Below, in pieces: positions 28,181 through 41,900 of a stretch of 64,000 nt of DNA (position 1 is the first letter of the stretch; every line of letters begins with the position of its first letter). The notes below the pieces were generated by a model that worked only from the letters and a program-made list of their open reading frames with translations, did not search any database and was not told the DNA's origin. Location: NCBI GenBank assembly GCA_964016885.1, contig OZ024745.1:14136001-14200000 (forward strand), given 5' to 3'. The translations under genes and the position numbers were made by a program. This DNA is from Eledone cirrhosa (taxonomy: Eukaryota).

Positions 28181-29002
28181 GCACACATATAATGTGATTG
28201 CAAGCATACCAATAACAACGCAATATAAATGGTGTATAGAATATAGAACTTTAAGTGTGTTAAGCAAAAGAAAATAGAGCATGGTAGAACTTTATAAAAT
28301 ATCAAGCAAACCACTTCCATTTGGCAAAAATGTTGACGTCAATCCATTCTGCAACACATACACTTCGTTATGTTATTTGCTCGACACACTTAAAGGATTT
28401 TCAAGTGAAAAGAGACCTGTCTACCTTTGCCAGGCATCTGAAACCATTCATTGATTTTTTTGCCTGATCTGAGTGATAAGCAAACGCAATCTACGATGGT
28501 TGCTATGACGAGACAGTTCCAATAACTTTGGACACGATATCTGTATGTTTGAAATATCCATAAATAAAAGAAGAAAAAAAAATAGCAAAGAAAAATTCCA
28601 ATCGCAATATTTGAGGGAAATTCTTCGATAGAAGTTTCGTTCTATGCAATTCTATGGCAGTAAGATTCTGTGGTGATAAATGACAAAACATTGAAAACAT
28701 TGCTTCGAAGCTCACACTGTTATTGCTTTATGTAAACATGTGGAAGATAAAAGAAATATTATATTACGAAAGAGAAATTTATACGGATAATTCTAGTGTG
28801 AAGGCTGTGGACTTAATAGTGGAACACACACATAGCAGCATTGTAAATGATAAACTTGCAGTACTTGCAATTCTATTTATACTTACTGCTTCAGATATCA
28901 TGAGCATGAAATTGATACTCCTTTTAAAACTGATAATGATGTGTAAGAACTGTTTTCCTGTTTTACTTACTGTAAAAATATGCCTGAATATATATATATA
29001 TA

Positions 29003-29106
<104 letters not shown>

Positions 29107-29141
29107 TATATGTATATATATGTATATATAAGTTTATATAT

Positions 29142-29766
29142 ATAAGTATGTATACGTACATACATATATGTATACAGACGTACAGTAGTATGTATATATA
29201 TATACATACATGCACACATATATATATATGTACGTATGGATTCACTGAACATTTATTATAATGCTCGGTGTGTTTGTAAACAAACATCCCGAATTAAGCC
29301 GTACAGTGTCTAGCAACCATCGTTGCTCATTTGTTCAACATTGACAAAGGAACGCTGTACTAGTTTCAAGCTTATTAGCTATCGCCAGCAACGTATACCT
29401 TCCTGCCAGATGATTGAACATCTGAAAGTATATACTTTCCTTATGCATATTAACGGCTGAGCAGCCTAATTTGCATATCGAGTGAGTTAATCGGCCGGAG
29501 TACCGAAAACAAATGAGCAACGATGGTTGCTAGACACTGTACAGCTTAATTCGGGATGTTTGTTTACAAACACACCGAGCATTATAATAAATGTTCAGTG
29601 AATCCATACGTACATATATATATATGTGTGCATGTATGTATATATATATACATACTACTGTACGTCTGTATACATATATGTATGTACGTATACATACTTA
29701 TATTTAAGTAACAGCCGTACTAAGAGTGAGAAATGAAATTTCGTTTCATTTTTTCCGTTTAAGTTC
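29142..29766. mobile_element. Fold-back retrozyme-like element (arms 29142-29335/29508-29702; tail to 29766); diverged relative of the 468-bp unit
   Basis: About 194-bp inverted arms. Shares ctaatttgcata, an HHR with ctag stem III followed by ttcctt(t)gtc, and the tail motif agtgag...aatttcgtttc with the 468-bp unit. Confidence 0.75.
29352..29394 (-). ncRNA. Hammerhead ribozyme with an A6G core mutation (probably inactive)
   Basis: acgttg-CTGGCGA-t-agct/aata/agct-t-GAAA-ctag-TA-cagcgt. Confidence 0.7.
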
Positions 29767-29797
29767 ATATATATATATATCTATATCTTTATACACA

Positions 29798-29873
<76 letters not shown>

Positions 29874-29886
29874 TCTCTCTCTCTCT

Positions 29887-29958
<72 letters not shown>

Positions 29959-29960
<2 letters not shown>

Positions 29961-30355
29961 CGGGTAAAATTCCCGAGATCCATGGACGAGTTCTCTCCAG
30001 CGGTCGCTGTCCCTCATTATCGCTGCCATGTCCTGCGTCTCCAACAGACCAGTGTCTGTCCTTAGGGCATCAACATACGTTAACCTTGGTCTTCCTCTTC
30101 CAGTGTGTCCATGTAGGGGCTCCCACAGGAGCACTGAGTGCAATGTCAACTCTGGATGTCGGTGAGCATGTCCAGCTAACCTCAGTCTCTTCTGTGTCAC
30201 TTTTGAGCTGACTTTTGGGATGCTCCCATACAGCTCTGATTTTTTTTCATCCTCACTGTATACTGATTAATGTTCAGAGCCGTCGTCAGTATTCTCGTGT
30301 AGCACCCATCCACCATCTGAGTGAGTTTCTTGGTCAGTGTCCAAGTCTCAGACCC

Positions 30356-30356
<1 letters not shown>
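29959..30356 (-). mobile_element. RTE LINE 3' fragment, same family as 978-2196
   Basis: High nucleotide identity with 983-1377 (GSETWTLTK...RELVHGSREFYP), with one frameshift. Flanked by (TA)n/(GA)n. Confidence 0.93.
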
Positions 30357-30431
<75 letters not shown>

Positions 30432-30654
30432 AATTAAGTTAAAAATGTACATCTACATATGCATACTGAAATACTAGTGTGTATATGAATACACACACGT
30501 ATACATATGTAGGTGTACCAAGTCTTTCACTGGTCGCTTTACAGTGAGCGGCCCAGCTATTCTGTATGTAAACACACAGACAAACCGGTTTTTAGAGTCA
30601 TACTGGTTTTTCGGGGGAACACCTTCCCCCTATTCTCCAGAAAGCCAGACAAGG

Positions 30655-33507
30655 AATATTGAACTAGTTTCGTTGTTGTTACAACTCATCAGCAATATTT
30701 ACCTATCTACCGGCCTTTCTGGAGAATTGTAAAAGCACATATCGTTATATGCTTTTTCTATGAAAATTAGTAGTGGGCAGACTAATTTGCATAGAGTGTG
30801 AGTACGCACCGGTTCAGCGGAGACGATAAAAACAAATAACGAAACGAAATTAAATTTTGTTTCGTTTGTAACTCACTTTTGTATGACTGACGCTTAAACA
30901 ATTAAGTTAAAAATGTACATCTACATATGCATACTGAAATACTAGTGTGTATATGAATACACACACGTATACATATGTAGGTGTACCAAGTCTTTCACTG
31001 GTCGCTTTACAGTGAGCGGCCCAGCTATTCTGTATGTAAACACACAGACAAACCGGTTTTTAGAGTCATACTGGTTTTTCGGGAGAACACCTTCCCCCTA
31101 TTCTCCAGAAAGCCAGACAAGGAATATTGAACTAGTTTCGTTGTTGTTACAACTCATCAGCAATATTTACCTATCTACCGGCCTTTCTGGAGAATTGTAA
31201 AAGCACATATCGTTATATGCTTTTTCTATGAAAATTAGTAGTGGGCAGACTAATTTGCATAGAGTGTGAGTACGCACCGGTTCAGCGGAGACGATAAAAA
31301 CAAATAACGAAACGAAATTAAATTTTGTTTCGTTTGTAACTCACTTTTGTATGACTGACGCTTAAACAATTAAGTTAAAAATGTACATCTACATATGCAT
31401 ACTGAAATACTAGTGTGTATATGAATACACACACGTATACATATGTAGGTGTACCAAGTCTTTCACTGGTCGCTTTACAGTGAGCGGCCCAGCTATTCTG
31501 TATGTAAACACACAGACAAACCGGTTTTTAGAGTCATACTGGTTTTTCGGGGGAACACCTTCCCCCTATTCTCCAGAAAGCCAGACAAGGAATATTGAAC
31601 TAGTTTCGTTGTTGTTACAACTCATCAGCAATATTTACCTATCTACCAGCCTTTCTGGAGAATTGTAAAAGCACATATCGTTATATGCTTTTTCTATGAA
31701 AATTAGTAGTGGGCAGACTAATTTGCATAGAGTGTGAGTACGCACCGGTTCAGCGGAGACGATAAAAACAAATAACGAAACGAAATTAAATTTTGTTTCG
31801 TTTGTAACTCACTTTTGTATGACTGACGCTTAAACAATTAAGTTAAAAATGTACATCTACATATGCATACTGAAATACTAGTGTGTATATGAATACACAC
31901 ACGTATACATATGTAGGTGTACCAAGTCTTTCACTGGTCGCTTTACAGTGAGCGGCCCAGCTATTCTGTATGTAAACACACAGACAAACCGGTTTTTAGA
32001 GTCATACTGGTTTTTCGGGGAAACACCTTCCCCCTATTCTCCAGAAAGCCAGACAAGGAATATTGAACTAGTTTCGTTGTTGTTACAACTCATCAGCAAT
32101 ATTTACCTATCTACCGGCCTTTCTGGAGAATTGTAAAAGCACATAACGTTATATGCTTTTTCTATGAAAATTAGTAGTGGGCAGACTAATTTGCATAGAG
32201 TGTGAGTACGCACCGGTTCAGCGGAGACGATAAAAACAAATAACGAAACGAAATTAAATTTTGTTTCGTTTGTAACTCACTTTTGTATGACTGACGCTTA
32301 AACAATTAAGTTAAAAATGTACATCTACATATGCATACTGAAATACTAGTGTGTATATGAATACACACACGTATACATATGTAGGTGTACCAAGTCTTTC
32401 ACTGGTCGCTTTACAGTGAGCGGCCCAGCTATTCTGTATGTAAACACACAGACAAACCGGTTTTTAGAGTCATACTGGTTTTTCGGGGGAACACCTTCCC
32501 CCTATTCTCCAGAAAGCCAGACAAGGAATATTGAACTAGTTTCGTTGTTGTTACAACTCATCAGCAATATTTACCTATCTACCGGCCTTTCTGGAGAATT
32601 GTAAAAGCACATATCGTTATATGCTTTTTCTATGAAAATTAGTAGTGGGCAGACTAATTTGCATAGAGTGTGAGTACGCACCGGTTCAGCGGAGACGATA
32701 AAAACAAATAACGAAACGAAATTAAATTTTGTTTCGTTTGTAACTCACTTTTGTATGACTGACGCTTAAACAATTAAGTTAAAAATGTACATCTACATAT
32801 GCATACTGAAATACTAGTGTGTATATGAATACACACACGTATACATATGTAGGTGTACCAAGTCTTTCACTGGTCGCTTTACAGTGAGCGGCCCAGCTAT
32901 TCTGTATGTAAACACACAGACAAACCGGTTTTTAGAGTCATACTGGTTTTTCGGGAGAACACCTTCCCCCTATTCTCCAGAAAGCCAGACAAGGAATATT
33001 GAACTAGTTTCGTTGTTGTTACAACTCATCAGCAATATTTACCTATCTACCGGCCTTTCTGGAGAATTGTAAAAGCACATATCGTTATATGCTTTTTCTA
33101 TGAAAATTAGTAGTGGGCAGACTAATTTGCATAGAGTGTGAGTACGCACCGGTTCAGCGGAGACGATAAAAACAAATAACGAAACGAAATTAAATTTTGT
33201 TTCGTTTGTAACTCACTTTTGTATGACTGACGCTTAAACAATTAAGTTAAAAATGTACATCTACATATGCATACTGAAATACTAGTGTGTATATGAATAC
33301 ACACACGTATACATATGTAGGTGTACCAAGTCTTTCACTGGTCGCTTTACAGTGAGCGGCCCAGCTATTCTGTATGTAAACACACAGACAAACCGGTTTT
33401 TAGAGTCATACTGGTTTTTCGGGGGAACACCTTCCCCCTATTCTCCAGAAAGCCAGACAAGGAATATTGAACTAGTTTCGTTGTTGTTACAACTCATCAG
33501 CAATATT
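30655..33507 (-). ncRNA. Seven type I hammerhead ribozymes (30655-30699, 31123-31167, 31591-31635, 32059-32103, 32527-32571, 32995-33039, 33463-33507)
   Basis: Reverse complement of aatattg-CTGATGA-gttgt/aaca/acaac-GAAA-ctag-TT-caatatt in each unit. Confidence 0.9.
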
Positions 33508-33597
33508 TACCTATCTACCGGCCTTTCTAATTTTCATAGAAAAAGCATATAACGATATGTGCTTTTACAATTCTCCAGAAAGGCCGGTAGATAGGTA

Positions 33598-34110
33598 AAT
33601 ATTGCTGATGAGTTGTAACAACAACGAAACTAGTTCAATATTCCTTGTCTGGCTTTCTGGAGAATAGGGGGAAGGTGTTCCCCCGAAAAACCAGTATGAC
33701 TCTAAAAACCGGTTTGTCTGTGTGTTTACATACAGAATAGCTGGGCCGCTCACTGTAAAGCGACCAGTGAAAGACTTGGTACACCTACATATGTATACGT
33801 GTGTGTATTAATATACACACTAGTATTTCAGTATGCATATGTAGATGTACATTTTTAACTTAATTGTTTAAGCGTCAGTCATACAAAAGTGAGTTACAAA
33901 CGAAACAAAATTTAATTTCGTTTCGTTATTTGTTTTTATCGTCTCCGCTGAACCGGTGCGTACTCACACTCTATGCAAATTAGTCTGCCCACTACTAATT
34001 TTCATAGAAAAAGCATATAACGATATGTGCTTTTACAATTCTCCAGAAAGGCCGGTAGATAGGTAAATATTGCTGATGAGTTGTAACAACAACGAAACTA
34101 GTTCAATATT
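33598..34110 (+). ncRNA. Two type I hammerhead ribozymes (33598-33642, 34066-34110); predicted cleavage after 33635 and 34103
   Basis: aatattg-CTGATGA-gttgt/aaca/acaac-GAAA-ctag-TT-caatatt. Canonical core, 7-bp stem I, 5-bp stem II, palindromic ACTAGT stem III, GUU site. Confidence 0.9.
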
Positions 34111-34399
34111 CCTTGTCTGGCTTTCTGGAGAATAGGGGGAAGGTGTTCCCCCGAAAAACCAGTATGACTCTAAAAACCGGTTTGTCTGTGTGTTTACATA
34201 CAGAATAGCTGGGCCGCTCACTGTAAAGCGACCAGTGAAAGACTTGGTACACCTACATATGTGTACGTGTGTGTATTCATATACACACTAGTATTTCAGT
34301 ATGCATATGTAGATGTACATTTTTAACTTAATTGTTTAAGCGTCAGTCATACAAAAGTGAGTTACAAACGAAACAAAATTTAATTTCGTTTCGTTATTT

Positions 34400-34435
<36 letters not shown>

Positions 34436-34458
34436 GATGGTATATATATATATAGATA

Positions 34459-34495
34459 GTGGATGGGTGCTACACGAGAATACTGAGGATGGCTC
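34459..34495 (+). mobile_element. 37-bp inverted RTE fragment
   Basis: gtggatgggtgctacacgagaatactgaggatggctc (VDGCYTRILRMA) is the reverse complement of about 30277-30314 and 1297-1334. Confidence 0.75.
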
Positions 34496-34551
34496 ATATA
34501 TATGCACATGTGTACATATATACACATACATATCTTTATATACATATCTCC

Positions 34552-34616
<65 letters not shown>

Positions 34617-34659
34617 TTTCTCTCTCTCTCTTATATATATATATATAAATATAAAGAGA

Positions 34660-35542
34660 GATAAATATGCTGGGTCCGTCAACCCTTATTATTATTATCT
34701 CCCAACTAGCGCACTACTGAGAGTAAGTTAAACAATTTTTCACTTTTTATTGTGTTTTTGTTTTGATATGCACTCTTTTTTTCCTGCTACTAATTTTGTC
34801 TCTCACTCTTTTAAGTTGTGAATTAGACTGGTTATCTACGCACGTGGCTGACACATTTCAGCTCGCTAAAATATTGTTATATAATGGATGATCGCATTTA
34901 AAGTCCGTTAAAGTTTCTTGGCACTACCATTGTTACCATCGTTTCCTCTAGCTATGGGGCTTGGAGACATGAACCGAATGCTACCATTCTATTTTATATC
35001 AATGTGAACTGCTATTTCTAATGGCCATCTTTTCACCCCTTGATAATTTGTGTGTGAGACACGTTGGCTGTATACTTCTGACAGGAACGAAAAGATTGAT
35101 TCTTTTTAGCTTCCCGTCCCCACGTAAAATTTGTAAATCAGTGGCTAATTGAGAAATAGAGTCCTATCGGTTGCCAGTTGCTAATCGCTTTACCGTGTCA
35201 GTCGTCACAAACAGTCATGGCCGGCATAGACTGGTCTTAGGATTCTGTCGATCGATTGGTTATTGATTAGGCGATACTCGCTGATGAAGCTGCATAAGCC
35301 GATTGTGCATTGTTGCATAATATATACACACAGATGGTACAGTGCACCTTACTGCTGCATTAGTGCGGCAGAAACTCGAGTCCGTAAACTTAAATGGCAC
35401 CCGTTTTACGTGTGTTGTATTGAAGCAAATAACTTTGTGTATACTCTGGGAATCTATCTTACATTGCCCATGAAGTGCGCTGAGATACAACCGGTACTGG
35501 CATTGATAAATATGCTGGGTCCGTCAACCCTTATTATTATTA
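34660..35542 (+). mobile_element. 845-bp non-coding HHR-bearing element, copy 1, with a 38-bp terminal redundancy
   Basis: gataaatatgctgggtccgtcaacccttattattatta at 34660 and 35505. Near-identical to 54504-55346. HHR at 35279-35384 has an eroded stem I. Confidence 0.8.
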
Positions 35543-35567
35543 TATATATATATATAAATTTATTAAA

Positions 35568-36055
35568 ATAACAGATTAAAGATTTAGCAAAGAATCGCTG
35601 CTTTCACCCTTAACGGGATCTTCTGAAAATAACAAAGTCAATCTGTGAACGCAGAAGTAAATATTTCAAAAAACGTTGCAATCGTAGAACCACCTACGAC
35701 TTCATTTATACTATAAACGTGGTTTTGTCTTTGCGTGTAATTGTTTTGCACCGCTCCAAATTATGACGTATTATATTCGTTCTTTCCCGTTCTTTGCCAG
35801 GGAACGTTTCCACGAACCAAAGTATCGTCTTCCTGTCTTCCCCCGGTTGCAACGTTTTTTGAAATATTTACTTCTGCGTTCACAGATTGACTTTGTTAGT
35901 TTCAGAAGATCCCGTTAAGGGTGAAAGCAGCGATTCTTTGCTAAATCTTTAATCTGTTATTTTAATAAATATTTGCTCTACGGTTCTTATATATTTGATA
36001 TATATTTATCCTTAACGAGCCCTCTTTGGATTTTAGTCTTCAAATTTATTATTAT

Positions 36056-36059
<4 letters not shown>
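35568..36059 (+). mobile_element. PLE-type fold-back (arms 35568-35684/35844-35970; 90-bp tail 35971-36059, duplicated at 36482-36571)
   Basis: About 117-bp inverted arms, with an HHR-like partial core CAGAAGA-t-ccc/gttaa/ggg-t-GAAA. Confidence 0.7.
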
Positions 36060-36126
<67 letters not shown>

Positions 36127-36141
36127 GATATATACATATAC

Positions 36142-36217
<76 letters not shown>

Positions 36218-36290
36218 TATATATATATATATATAGTATATATATATATATATATAGTATATATATATATATATAGTATATATATATATA

Positions 36291-36354
<64 letters not shown>

Positions 36355-36366
36355 TATATATATAGT

Positions 36367-36446
<80 letters not shown>

Positions 36447-36567
36447 TATATATATATATATATATAGTATATATATATGTATATTTGCTCTACGGTTCTT
36501 ATATATTTGATATATATTTATACTTATCGAGCCCTCTTTGGATTTTAGTCTTCAATTTTATTATTAT

Positions 36568-36610
<43 letters not shown>

Positions 36611-36855
36611 TATGTATATACTGTATGCTTCATATTTAAATTGTAAGTAAAATGTTTGAATAAGTAATTAGACATGACATTGTTGTATTGTTATACTGTA
36701 ATAGTGGTTATTGCGGGTGACATTAATCAGGAAACTGTGACACTAGCACGTGGAGTCATGCCTAATACAATTAAGATTCAGCTGAAAAACGTCACCTTCT
36801 ACATAAGAATAAGTAGTTAATCATATCAGTAACATTTGAAAAATAAAAAAGAAGA

Positions 36856-39800
36856 GCAGCAACAGAAACAACAGCTATAACAACAGCAACAGCTACAACA
36901 ACAACAACAGCAACAGCAATAACAACAACAACTACAACAACAACAGCAACAGCAATAACAACAACAACTACAACAACAACAGCAACAGCAATAACAACAA
37001 CAACTACAACAACAACAGCAACAGCAATAACAACAAAAACAACAGCTACAACAACAACAACAGCAAGAGTAATAACAACAACAACAACAGCTACAACAAC
37101 AACAACAGCAACAGCAATAACAACAACAACAACAGCTACAAGAACAACAACAGCAACAGCAATAACAACAACAACAACAGCTACAACAACAACAACAGCA
37201 ACAGCAATAACAACAACAACAGCTACAACAACAACAACAGCAACAACAACAAAAACAACAGCTACAACAACAACAACAGCAACAGCAATAACAACAACAA
37301 CAGCTACAACAACAACAACAGCAACAGCTATAACAACAACAACAACAGCTACAACAACAACAACAGCAACAGAAATAACAGCAACAACAGCTACAACAAC
37401 AACAACAGCAACAACAACAAAAACAACAGCTACAACAACAACAACAGCAACAGCAATAACAACAACAACAACAGCTACAACAACAGCAACAGCTATAACA
37501 ACAACAACAACAGCTTCAACAACAACAACAACAGCAACAGCAATAACAACAAAAACAACAGCTACAACAACAACAGCAACAGCAATAACAACAACAACAA
37601 CAGGTACAACAACAACAACAGCAACAGCAATAACAAGAAAAACAACAGCTACAACAACAACAACAACAGCAACAGCAATAACAACAAAAACAACAGCTAC
37701 AACAACAGCAACAGCAATAACAACAAAAACAACAGCTACAACAACAACAGCAACAGCAATAACAACAACAACAACAGCTACAACAACAGCAACAGCAATA
37801 ACAACAACAACAACAACAACAGCTACAACAACAGCAACAGTAATAACAACAACAACAACAACAGCTACAACAACAACAACAGCAACAGTAATAACAACAA
37901 AAACAACAGCTGCAACAACAACAACAGCAACAGCTACAAGAACAGCAACAGCAATAACAACAACAACAACAGCTACAACAACAACAACAGCAACAGCAAT
38001 AACAACAAAAACAACAACAACAACAACAAAAACAACAACAACAACAGTAACAACAACAGCAACAACAACAACAATAAAAACAACAACAACAGCAACCGCA
38101 ATAACAACAAAAACAATAGCTACAACAGCAGCAACAGCAATAGCAATAACAACAACAACAACAGCTACAACAACAACAACAGCAATAGCAATAACAACAA
38201 AAACAACAGCTACAACAACAACAACAACAAAAACAACAGTTACAACAACAACAACAGCAACAGCAATAACAACAAAAACAACAGCTACAACAACAACAGC
38301 AACAGCAACAACAACAACAACAAAAACAACAGCTACAACAACAACAACAACAACAGCAATAACAAGAAAAACAACAGCTACAACAACAACAACAGCAACA
38401 GCAATACCAACAAAAACAACAGCTACAACAACAACAACAGCAACAGCAATAACAACAACAACAACAGCTACAACAACAACAACAGCAACAGCTATAACAA
38501 CAAAAACAACAGCTACAACAACAACAACAACAGCAACAGCAATAACAACAACAACAACAGCTACAACAACAACAACAGCAACAGCAATACCAACAAAAAC
38601 AACAGCTACAACAACAACAACAACAGCAACAGCAATAACAACAACAACAACAGCTACAACAACAACAACAGCAACAGCAATACCAACAAAAACAACAGCT
38701 ACAACAACAACAACAGCAACAGCAATAACAACAACAACAACAGCTACAACAACAGCAACAGCAATGACAACAAAAACAACAGCTACAACAACAACAGCAA
38801 CATCAATAACAACAACAACAACAGCTACAACAACAACAGCAACAGCAACAACAACAACAACAAAAACAACAGCTACAACAACAGCAACAGCAATAACAAC
38901 AAAAACAACAGCTACAACAACAGCAACAGCAATAACAACAAAAACAACAGCTACAACAACAACAACGGCAACAGCAATAACAACAAAAACAACAGCTACA
39001 ACAACAACAGCAACAGCAACAGCAATAACAACAAAAACAACAGCTACAACAACAGCAACAGAAATAACAACAAAAACAACAGCTACAACAACAACAACAA
39101 CGGCAACAGCAATAACAACAAAAACAACAGCTACAACTACAACAGCAACAGCAACAGCAATAACAACAAAAACAACAGCTACAACAACAGCAACAGAAAT
39201 AACAACAAAAACAACAGCTACAACAACAGCAACAGCAATAACAACAAAAACAACAGCTACAACAACAACAGCAACAGCAACAGCAATAACAACAACAACA
39301 ACAGCTACAACAACAACAACAGCAACAGCAATAACAACAACAACAACAGTTACAACAACAACAACAACAAAAACAACAGCTACAACAAAAACAACAGCAA
39401 CATCAATAACAACAAAAACAACAGTTACAACAACAACAACAGCAACAACAATAACAACAACTACAGCTACAACAACAACAACAAAAACAACAGCTGCAAC
39501 AACAACAACAAAAACAACAGTTACAACAACAGTTACAACAACAACAACAGCAACAGCAATAACAACAAAAACAACAGCTACAACAACAACAACAACAGCA
39601 ACAGCAATAACAACAAAAACAACAGTTACAACAACAACAACAAAAACAACAGCAACAACAACAGTTACAACAACAACAACAACAGCAATAACAACAAAAA
39701 CAACAGCAACAGCAACAGCAATAACAACAAAAACAACAGTTACAACAACAACAGCAACAGCAATAACAACAAAAACAACAGTTCCAACAACAACAACAAC

Positions 39801-41900
39801 AGCAACAGCAATAACAACAAAAACAACAGCTACAACCACAACCGCAACAGCAATAACAACAAAAACAGCAGCTACAACAACAACAACAACTACAGCAACA
39901 ACAACAACAACAACAACAACAATAACAACAACAACCAAAACAACAGCAACAACAACAGCAATAACAACAAAAACAACAGTTACAACAACAGCAACAGCAA
40001 AAACAACAAAAATAATATCAACAGCAAAAACAACAAAAACAACAGCAACAGCAACAGCAATAACAACAAAAACAACAGCTACAACAACAGCAACAGAAAT
40101 AACAACAAAAACAACAGCTACAACAACAACAACAACGGCAACAGCAATAACAACAAAAACAACAGCTACAACTACAACAGCAACAGCAACAGCAATAACA
40201 ACAAAAACAACAGCTACAACAACAGCAACAGAAATAACAACAAAAACAACAGCTACAACAACAGCAACAGCAATAACAACAAAAACAACAGCTACAACAA
40301 CAACAGCAACAGCAACAGCAATAACAACAACAACAACAGCTACAACAACAACAACAGCAACAGCAATAACAACAACAACAACAGTTACAACAACAACAAC
40401 AACAAAAACAACAGCTACAACAAAAACAACAGCAACATCAATAACAACAAAAACAACAGTTACAACAACAACAACAGCAACAACAATAACAACAACTACA
40501 GCTACAACAACAACAACAAAAACAACAGCTGCAACAACAACAACAAAAACAACAGCTGCAACAACAACAACAAAAACAACAGTTACAACAACAGTTACAA
40601 CAACAGTTACAACAACAACAACAGCAACAGCAATAACAACAAAAACAACAGCTACAACAACAACAACAACAGCAACAGCAATAACAACAAAAACAACAGT
40701 TACAACAACAACAACAAAAACAACAGCAACAACAACAGTTACAACAACAACAGCAACAGCAATAACAACAAAAACAACAGCTACAACAACAACAACAACA
40801 GCAACAGCAATAACAACAAAAACAACAGCAACAACAACAGCAATAACAACAAAAACAACAGTTACAACAACAACAACAACAGCAACAGCAATAACAACAA
40901 AAACAACAGCTACAACCACAACCGCAACAGCAATAACAACAAAAACAGCAGCTACAACAACAACAACAACTACAGCAACAACAACAACAACAACAACAAC
41001 AATAACAACAACAACAAAAACAACAGCAACAACAACAGCAATAACAACAAAAACAACAGTTACAACAACAGCAACAGCAAAAACAACAAAAATAATATCA
41101 ACAGCAAAAACAACAAAAACAACAGCAACAGCAACAGCAATAACAACAAAAACAACAGTTACAACAACAACAACAAAAACAACAGCAACAACAACAGTTA
41201 CTACAACAACAACAAAAACAACAGCAACAACAACAGTTACAACAACAACAACAAAAACAACAGCAACAACAACAGTTACAACAACAACAGCAACAGCAAT
41301 AACAACAAAAACAACAGCTACAACAACAACAACAGCAACAGCAATAACAACAAAAACAACAGCTACAACAACAACAACAACAGCAACAGCAATAACAACA
41401 AAAACAACAGTTACAACAGCAACAGCAATAACAACAAAAACAACAGCAATAACAACAAAAACAACAGCAACAACAACAGCAATAACAACAAAAACAACAG
41501 TTACAACAACAACAGCAACAGCAATAACAACAAAAACAACAGTTACAACAACAGCAATAACAACAAAAACAACAGCAATAACAACAAAAACAACAGTTAC
41601 AACAACAACAACAACAGCAACAGCAATAACAACAAAAACAACAGTTACAACAACAACAGCAATAACAACAAAAACAACAGCTACAACAACAGCAACAGCA
41701 ACAGTAATAACAACAAAAACAACAGCAACAACAACAACAACTACAGCTACAACAACAACAACAAAAACAACAGCTACAACCACAACCGCAACAGCAATAA
41801 CAACAAAAACAGCAGCTACAACAACAACAACAACAACAATAACAACAAAAACAACAGCTACAACAACAACAGCAACAGCAATAACAACAACAACTACAAA
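36856..41900. repeat. 5-kb compound trinucleotide satellite (ACA with GCA/GCT/ATA/AAA/GTT variants) with higher-order duplications
   Basis: Directly visible. The rare marker gcaaaaacaacaaaaataatatca recurs at a 1080-bp offset (ending at 40020 and 41100). Confidence 0.95.

Larger units (their letters stand above)
30427..34403. mobile_element. 468-bp tandem array (about 6.6 units, then about 1.9 inverted units; junction 33527-33528) with one HHR per unit: retrozyme candidate
   Basis: Period 468 (ORF-track echoes at 30544, 31012 ... 33352; inverted at 33753, 34221). Only a handful of SNPs. Both ends abut (TA)n. Confidence 0.88.

Noticed and set aside
30544-34221. 62-aa ORF repeated in each 468-bp unit
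   Set aside because: GTG start, no recognisable domain, and antisense to the ribozyme strand.
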